Shown here: in pieces, positions 55,325 through 64,000 of the stretch
How positions within the stretch are numbered: the first letter of the stretch is position 1
How the letters are laid out: each line of letters starts with the position of its first letter
Assembly: GCA_025786725.1 (NCBI GenBank)
Contig: JAHLTZ010000052.1
Span: 46,035 to 110,034, forward strand
DNA: 64,000 nt
Direction of reading: 5' to 3'
Source of the DNA: Syncephalis fuscata S228
Lineage: Eukaryota > Fungi > Zoopagomycota
Translations under genes and position numbers: made by a program
The notes under the pieces: generated by a model
What the model saw: the letters and a program-made list of their open reading frames with translations, nothing else
What the model was told of the DNA's origin: nothing
Databases searched by the model: none

Positions 55325-56339
55325 GACCTATTTTGCTCATGCACATACATATATGTTTAGTAACTTTAACAAGGCTAATCGTCGCTCAACATTGGATATT
55401 TATTATATTGTATATCGCTCCGTTATAATAGCGTCAAAGCTATCCAAAACCGCTGTTTATTTGTCGCTAGCTGTTTTGGCTGTAAAGATCAGCTTATTCT
55501 GTTTATTTTATTCATATATACATCACTATAATGTCAGCACTATTACTCATACCCTTTTCATTATACATTGTTTTGTTTCATATCTTGTTATTCTCGCTTG
55601 GCTATGCACTATTCAAAATCATTTCCCGCTTATTTCTGGTGCTATTATTTACAAGCTGTGACTTATTGCGTTCAGCCCACTCATTGAGCTATATACACTA
55701 TAATCTCAATAACGCTATCCATAGTCTCCTCTGTATATTTGTCCTACTACATATCGTTGTATATTATAAAAGCTGTATATTTGTTACTCGCTGCATTTTA
55801 TATAGTTCAATACAGCTGGTTCATTTCACTGCTATACACATTATAGCTTTATCGCTATCATTCATATATCATCATCCCCCTATTCATTCTACTATATATT
55901 GTAGATTTTAATTCGAGTCATTTAGGTCTGTACATACTGTATGTTTATTCTCTATAGCAAATATATCAATAAATAAATCATATAACTACAGCATATTTTA
56001 ATGTCCAGTAAAATCATTATACGACATTGGAACTAGAATATTGCACTGTTGTTAAACGAGCCTCAAAAAAGTCGTACAAATGTGAAATTCCTAATTGAGG
56101 CAACAGAGCTGCAATTTTCACTTTACAAATGGCTACAAATTTTATTCATTGTCACTAGAAAGCTTTTATCTTTGATTGAATCCTAATTGTGTGCATCAAC
56201 CTTTATTGCATTAGTAGAGTGAGTACGTGTGCAATCACTCATCGTCTTGCTACTCTATCGCAACTCGAGTAAGCGTGTGTATACTCGTATGACCATCCAT
56301 ACAACAACGCCGATACTATAGCAATATAAGGGCAACAGT

Positions 56340-59300
56340 ATGGATAACCGACAAGTAAGTGATGACTCAGGAGGACAATCGCCGCATAGACACTCCCAGT
56401 ACTGACCACGTCCACTGCTAGAGATTGTCTCGTCTATTACTTCGGCGGCTAAAAGAACGAACGCGCGAGCTGAACGACCAACTAGGCAGCCGTGTACTTA
56501 TAACAGGCACCAAAGGTCTACTTATAGATCGCCTACTAACCTATATAATTTCGCTTGAAGAATCTGGATCGCATGAACAGCTACAAAAAACTTGGTCCAT
56601 ACTGGAGCGGTAAGTTGCAAATAACGATGACAACCATCACAGACCCACAACAGTTAGACTATGTCTTGTTAACGATGAATGGTACTGTACAGCGAAGAAG
56701 AAGGACACCAAAGCTGGTCGTCTATGTCAGCGGCTGTTAATGCGCACACAGCCAATTCGCTGTCCACTACATCCAACACCTCTTGCTCGCCGATCCACTA
56801 CGAGCTACTAAATCGGCTAGGCGATGATGCTCATTCGTCGCCATCCTTGCTATCTAGCCAAGGCTATCGACACACAGTTGACTTATCCCGGTATGCAGAT
56901 TCAAACTATATGATGTTCAAACAGCTTGATCTAACAAACAGTCTTATTACACCAATGAATACCAATAGTAGTAGTAGCGCGAATAATGGTACATCACATT
57001 TATCTCTTTCATTTCGTTCCTGTCCGTTCTACACTGATCCTCAGCCACTATCAGATATAGTGTACGCGGAAGGTAAGTAAATAGATATAGCGTATTTATG
57101 TGTCACTAATTGTATCTGTCAGTATCAAATGTTAAAATGACCAGTGTGGCACGATTTTCACTTAATTCGAAGAATATTGAAACATTAACTGGTAGTTCGT
57201 AAGTTGGCATTTACTTATTTGGTGATTATAAAGTTAATAATGGATTTACTAAATAGATATGTACCAAGTCGTAAAACACCAAAATTCTCCTCTCATCGTG
57301 TTATGGTCTACTGCGTTGATGCGGACCAGTGGCGCACCATGCCACATGAGCCACTTTCGTTGGAATTTCCACCTGTAGTTGAATTATCTATTAACCATAC
57401 GGTTATTCGTAAAGTAAGTGTTATAATATGCTATAAACGCTACTAATTATAATACTGTCATTTATAGAATCTAAGAGGCATTAAAAATCGTCCAGGTACT
57501 GTCCATCCGTGGACATTACACCGCACTGCTGTTTGAAGCCAGGTGCTGTTAATCAATTGGACATTTCATATATTAATACACCCAAGGTAACTTACCACTA
57601 TAAGCTAAATAGATATCATATTAATATCAATTAGAAATATGTATTTGTCGTATGCTTGTCAAAAGTAACACAAACATCGGAATTGGTTGATAAGTTAAAA
57701 GGACGGAAACCACTTGAGAAATCCAATGTACAGCAGTTATGTAAGTAACATGTAATTACAACATATCAATTAATGTAATAATTTTATAATATTAATATCA
57801 ATAGTAAATCGAATCGCCAGTGATACCGAAATTACCACCACCTTATCCAATGTTTCTTTAAAATGCCCTGTAAGTTAGCAATAATTGTATTGATTAGTAT
57901 GAACATTTATTGACTATTATCTATAGTTGACCCATATGAGAATACAACTACCATGTCGATCACGAAAATGTCAGCATATTCAATGTTTTGATGCCACATC
58001 ATTTCTTGAATTGAATGCACAGACACCAACTTGGCAATGTCCCATCTGCAATCGATTACTACAGTCATGGAGGAATTGGTATGGGATACGTAAGTGTTAT
58101 TACTAATCATTTATATAATTTATTTACATTCTTTGACTAGCTATTTTAAAGAAATATTAGATAGCACAACCACATCAGTGGACAGTATTGTAATGGATGA
58201 TCAAGGGGAATGGTCAATACGGCCTAATTCAACAGGTGCACGGACATCACCTAAAACGCCCTCTACTCGTCAAGACACCGTTGGAGGAGAAAAAAGAAAG
58301 CGGCTGCTATTTGATATTGAAGATAATTCACTGCCATCTTCACCGACTTCACCTCGTTCTCCGTCATCTTCAATAGCGGGCAATAGTAATGGCGATACTA
58401 GTAACACATCTAATACGGCACAGATCATTGATTTGACGTTAAGTAGTAGCGAGGATGAACTTGAAGATGAATCAGAAAAGGAAATACCAGTATTGAATAA
58501 AAAGTCTAAAGCGACCAACGAGTCTATTTCTATAAAGACGGAATCACAGCTAGATTCAACGGCCACCACTCACGAAAATGGCCACGATAATAACAATAAT
58601 ACTGATGAAAATGAGACTGGCAACCATAGCAGACCTAGTGACTGGATCCGACGGTATCTTGGTGGCTATGTCTCTACGCCATCCAGTTCCTCTACTGCAC
58701 CCACTTCATTGCCAACAACTGTATCAGTAACGGCTGAGGTAGTAGAACCAACTACATCGGCACCAGCACCGGTAGGGACAACAACAACATCTGAACTGTT
58801 ACGTAAATTGAATAATCTTAATGAACGTATTCAACATGCTCGAATACCTGTATCTTCAGTGTCTACAGCGGATGATGTTGCAACAAATGGTATTACAAAT
58901 AATACGGGTGCAACAACACCATCTATTTCACCTACATCGGATACGGGACAGACACAATGGTATTCACCAAATGCATCTCCTTCTTCTAATGCTAATACTA
59001 ATGCTACTACTACTAATACTGCTGAAATGATACCACTTAATACAACTATTCGGCCCACATCACACGGTACAATTACGACAACACTATTGTCATCCACACT
59101 ACCAGTAAATAGAAATGTATTAGATGATCGAGTGACACCGCCCACTAATAGCAGTAATGGCCATCACAGAAATACACCAACTCAGTGGTACACGCCATCA
59201 AGTGATCTGGCACAACGACAACCACAACGCCGTCTATATAACAATACTGACAATGATGGTGGTGCAGTCTACAGGGATAGACTAGAACCGTCCCATCTAT

Positions 59301-59608
59301 CTCTCTATTCAACCCATCCTCGACATCTTTCCTATGATGAATGGTATCGCTGTACATTGCCAACACCTTCATCACCAATAGATAGTCAATTGATAAGTCA
59401 AGGATCTGATATGCTTGCTTATTATTCATCTTATAATAATATAGCAGCATCCAATTCTCATAATACTGATTCATATCCACATCAGTATCAGCGGCCACCA
59501 TTACCACCACAAACAACACAGTCGCAGTCACAACGGTATCAGCAGCAGCAGTATCAGCAGCAGCAACAACCATATCATTCGCAGTATCAGCAACATCACC
59601 GTCAATAG
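56340..59608 (+). CDS. SIZ1: Siz/PIAS SUMO E3 ligase (SAP-PINIT-SP-RING, long disordered tail)
   Basis: SAP-like [59 protein letters not shown]...TWQCPIC, SIM IIDLTLSSSEDE. Confidence 0.93.
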
Positions 59609-59723
59609 TAACGGCATCAATACGATGGACCGTCAACCTACTATAATATTCGATGTTTTTTTGTAATAATAATAATAAATAGTAGTGTAACATTTATTCT
59701 GAAATACTAGATTAGCTAGCTAC

Positions 59724-60782
59724 TTAAGACGAGGGTGGCATGGGATGTTGGATGGCTGTATCGTAATCAGGTGGTGCTTCCTGAGGAACAGTATGAGATG
59801 GAGGCGGTCCAGCCACCGATAAAGGTGTAGAAGAGGCTATGTGTTCTGTAGCTATAGCCGATGAATTTCCTATATTATAAACAGTATATTATATTAGGTA
59901 ATTAATAAAGTAATATAGCGCACTGTATGTAGAGTTACCTGTCATGCTATTACGATTACCATTGATGCCTGGTATTGGATGATTTGTAGGAGCAGCAGTT
60001 GAAGTGGAGGCATTTGCTGCTATTCCTTCAGCCCGTGGTGTATAGGCAGGTAACTGCTCAAGTGTATCTGGTAATTCACCAAGCTCTAACGCATCATTAA
60101 TATCAATAAATAATACGTATTATTCATTATTACCTTGAATACGTTCACGTAATTGTCTATAAATAGTGGAGAATTCAAATGCGCCTAATTATCAATGCAG
60201 TTATAGCTGTATGAATTATTACTATACTCATTATGACCTACCTCCTTCTTTAAAGTATAATTTAACCTGCATCGCTGCCGGCAATCCACCTTGATACACC
60301 TAACAGTATTATTACAAATAATTAAATATAGCCTATTTGCACTGTTGTAATACTTACTGGCTCACTGTACATGAATAGTAATTGGCGTTAAACCAAGGCT
60401 GATTTAACTTGCCTTCATGTATATTTAGCAAAGGCATCGATAATGACTGAAATCCAACTAGACTTGGCTGTGCCAAGTAAACAATCCGCTGATTCGATAA
60501 ATAGACATGACCAGAAGCTGCATTATAGCAACCGCTATATATAACAATACAAATTAGCAAGTTTAACTATTTGTGTGTTAGAGTAGACCAGTACTTGCCT
60601 ACTACCAGGAAAACCACTAATACAGCGACGATAAGTATATAGAGTTACTTGACAAGCTACAGCACTTACTTTCCATAGACTGATTCCAAACAAACGCCTG
60701 TTTTCTCAAGAAATACCTTTTCATTAGGTAAAAGTATAATGGCAGTGCCATCGGCACTTAATGCAGCTTGGTTAATCGACAT
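59724..60782 (-). CDS. WBP2: WW-domain-binding protein 2-like (PH-GRAM plus PPxY), multi-exon
   Basis: MSINQA...LLPNEK, GHVYLSNQRIVY, LNQPWFNANY, FKEGGAFEF, LPAY and PPDY motifs. Confidence 0.8.
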
Positions 60783-60959
60783 TGTACGCAAGAAAGATAA
60801 AGAAAGGTGTACCAAGAACAGTATACTGTTGTGATAATGGTGGTGGTGGTGATATGTTTAAAACAAAAAAAGTGTCAATAAGAAGCAATAGACTGCAACG
60901 GTCACATGTGTAAAACATTCTATTTATTGTTAATATATCAGCACACAAATCCGCGACTT

Positions 60960-62645
60960 CTAATGTACCCTTTGCCGTCTTGATTGTCTTGGTGTTGCTC
61001 TTACGGGTGTTGCTTCTTTGTGGGTGGGCCGGTTTTCTATTCATATCGTTAATATGGTGGTAAGTAAATAGTACAACTACAATTACCTGAATAGTCGTCG
61101 TTGTTATCGTCGTCGTCATCTTCATTGGAATATAGACGATCTTCTTGTTCATAGACACCTAATCGCCTATTCATCAATTAGTATAACTAGCACATGTATA
61201 TCAAATAAATTACTTACTTTCTACGTGCTGCAACTGATGTAGGTGTTACTTGGTGTTCAGAAAGTGTTCGTTGACGATTTAAACCATTGCTCATAGCTGT
61301 TGTCGTTGTTGTTGCACCTGGTTGTTGCTGTTGTCGTCGCCGTCTACCACTATTGGCCATTGTAGTAAATGAGAACGATTTGGTCATTGGTTGGTCATAA
61401 ACTGGCACAGATGACATACTGAATGTTCGTCGATTATTACTGTCGGAAAGTGTGCTTTGTTCTCTCGATAAAAGACCAATACTTTTGTTAACAAACTTAG
61501 TGTTATATTCGCTGTAAACTTGTCCAAATAGCAGCTGCTTGTCTTTAACGTGTTGTACATAGGTTCTACACAAATAATAAGTCTACTCAACAGTATTAGC
61601 TTAATTGTATCAATAAAAGGACTAGCTTACCTGTAATGCTACAGCCAAGGCTACTGGAAGGAAAAAGGGCCAATTTTCGGCATTTAAGCCAAAATAAACG
61701 GCTAATTGTGGTGGTGACCACCAGCTAAAGATGATGTAACTGTTAAATATCATAATACTGGTAAATAAACAACGACTTACCAGAAAATATTGAGTGAAAA
61801 TACAGGCGATCCCACATGTACAGTATATGAACCTGTCGTTCATCATCGGGTGTATACTGAATTATCCTCCATACCGGACGCCTATAATTGATCATCAGCA
61901 TATGATTGCCATATACTGTTGCCACACTTACATAATAAAGCGGAATAAACGAGTACATAGACTGGATGGTTTGTCATAAACACGTTTTGTACGTACATTT
62001 GGATTTTGAATGGTTGACTAGCATACGATGTTAATAAAGCTACTACTAACCAGCTAGCTTGCTACACTATTTGGCTTGCTTATAAATAGCACATACCTCT
62101 GCAGATGAATCAAATAGCTGATAGTGGCGGCTGCGTGTAAACAAATAAACAGTATTGGCTAGACTTAGCACGAAAATACTACTTCTAGTAGGTTAATCTA
62201 TAAGCATAGTTAGATAACAACATGGCTGCAGTTACAGCAATCGCTGCAGTAGCAAGTACCCAGAACATAGTATTCGCATCTATCCAGCCACTTGGTACAG
62301 GTTTTCCATACCCAAATCTAACTTGTTCAGGCGATTCTAACGAATGGCTTAGGCGTAGAAAAAGAAATGCGCCGTTAAGTATATATAGCCGCGGGCCAAC
62401 TAAACAATAGATGAATAACCATATATGTATACACACATACAAGCCGTTAAGTTACCGCTACGCCACAAGCAATCGCCGCATTCTTACCTAAGTGTTTCTT
62501 GTAACGAGTCCCAGTCAAGTGTCTCCCAGTCCTCTTGAATGCGCATGAGCCAGTCGTGTGGCGCGGAACGAACGCGATCGCTCAACGATTCTTTACGTAC
62601 TAAACGGCCACTTTCCGATAGTGACGGTGAACCCGGCTCCGTCAT
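60960..62645 (-). CDS. NUR1: Nuclear rim protein Nur1/Mug154 family, multi-exon
   Basis: RLVRKESLSDRV..DWL...WETLDW, TM segments, RHYQLF, WWSPPQ, KDKQLLFGQVYSEYNTKFV. Confidence 0.75.
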
Positions 62646-62959
62646 CGTATTGATATGTTTACAGACAAAATAAAACGTATTAAGCTTACTAAACTCGAAA
62701 AGAATAACTACGTGGCGGAGTCGTGTAGCAAAAGAAAGCGGCTGACTACGCTGCACACCAGTAAAAGAACGAAAATAGTACGAGCGTGTTTTGTGGTGTG
62801 ATGAGTGGGGGTGGTGTGGTAAAATCAGTCTTAAATTATTGATTGCAGATCTGAATAAATTAAAAATTACTTACTGCTACAGTACCTGCTAGATTTATAC
62901 AGCATATCATCTGTATTTACGCGTACGTAAAAATATAGCTCTACGAAGCAAAAAGGTAT

Positions 62960-63032
62960 TGCCTTCTGGCGGAATCGAACCGCCGACCTTCTGCTTACTA
63001 GGCAGACGCTCTGCCAACTGAGCCAAGAAGGC
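62960..63032 (-). tRNA. tRNA-Thr(AGT)
   Basis: GCCTTCT acceptor stem, TGGCTCAGTTGG A box, TCTGC-CTAGTAA-GCAGA anticodon arm, GGTTCGATTCC B box; T5 Pol III terminator at 62954-62950. Confidence 0.96.
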
Positions 63033-64000
63033 AAGTGTATTGCATTCGCTTGTTTCGAAGCCGGTTTTAAATATATATGGCAAAAATATTGGACTTGTTT
63101 TGCTAAAAATAGAACTTAACGAGTAGCTGATTTTTAATTCTATACTCTATCGTATTCTACTATGCAACATTATATTATTTGGCCTAACTGAATATACAGA
63201 TATATATTTTTTACTTGTAACAATATAATTTAAGACAAAAAATGGCAAATGTAGATTATATCACTATTAAATCAGTAATGATACAAATGGTGTTAATTAA
63301 CAAGCATTGTGTAGTGGAACTAATATATTAACAATATTGATAAGTGGGTAAAAAAATAACTAATTAATATGTAAATCAAAATAGCTAAATAAGGTATTGC
63401 ACATAAAGAGATTATAAATAGACTAGTTAATACCAAATAATTATTAGGTTGCTATATGGTATTGGTATTTTTATAGAAAGACTGTTTTCTAAATACAATG
63501 GCTATCTATTAAGTTTTTAGTGACGTATAAATAATGTTATCATTGTTTTTTAATAATGCAAACAAAGACACAATAATACTTTAGTAGTAGATAGATAAAT
63601 AGTATGAGTATGTTGATTACCTGATATTGTTTATTAGCTATATTTATGAATGTGTATTACGCCCAATCTTTTTAAAAGTTTCTATTAGTTGAGACAAATG
63701 TACGAATAGTGTATAAACAATGCTAATACATTAACTTTATATCTATAAACTAGGGCAATAGGTAAGCAAGAAACGGATTGTATAAGCCAAAAAAACGATA
63801 GTTTAATAATTTGCATTGTCTTTTATTCCTAGTCTATTCGCTTTATATTAATATGTTTTTAAATTTGTTATTTCTATAAATACCCACCGCTTGGTTTAAG
63901 TATCACCATAGTCATAATAGCTGATTTTAGCTAATTCAGTCATAATTGGCTATAAATAACCAACCCAGTAATACTTTTAATGATGCAATGAGTTTACTCA

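Noticed and set aside
45533-55911. Tyr/Ile/Phe-rich ORFs (45533, 45712, 47089, 52706, 53709, 55323, 55531)
   Set aside because: They lie within AT-rich repeats and their composition reflects base bias
21546-59608. XPF, FANCD2 and SIZ1 as pseudogenes or programmed frameshifts (for example near 24163, 29440, 57510)
   Set aside because: Isolated 1-nt shifts in otherwise intact conserved genes are better explained as consensus indel errors; needs read polishing
58270-59693. Antisense and alternative-frame ORFs over SIZ1 (similar ones overlap the LPMO, kinase and FANCD2 genes)
   Set aside because: Shadow ORFs of real coding sequence

Overview
This is AT-rich eukaryotic DNA with many short GT..CTAAY..TAG introns. 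It looks like an early-diverging fungus; a Zoopagomycota/Syncephalis-like source is inference only. Recognisable genes, in order: SDR oxidoreductase (cut by the window edge), a decayed kinase, a small secreted His-brace LPMO-like protein, COG2, a kinase with a putative FHA domain, XPF/Rad1, USO1, FANCD2, a VPS9-domain GEF, an orphan basic protein, SIZ1/PIAS, a WBP2-like protein, NUR1/Mug154 and tRNA-Thr(AGT). The standout is a ~17.6-kb near-geneless block (38.7-56.3 kb) holding a nested palindromic structure at about 46,791-53,243. It has eight near-identical ~570-bp units in strictly alternating orientation, joined by two types of imperfect hairpin junction that each occur in flip and flop forms. 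Each unit is itself an imperfect inverted repeat, and the array is bracketed by an older, diverged ~460-bp inverted repeat. This looks like a concatemer of a small hairpin-capped ('dog-bone') DNA, a foldback element or a palindromic centromere; an amplification or assembly artefact must be excluded. Scattered single-base frameshifts in conserved genes suggest imperfect consensus sequence. Exon boundaries were read by eye and identities are eyeballed estimates.
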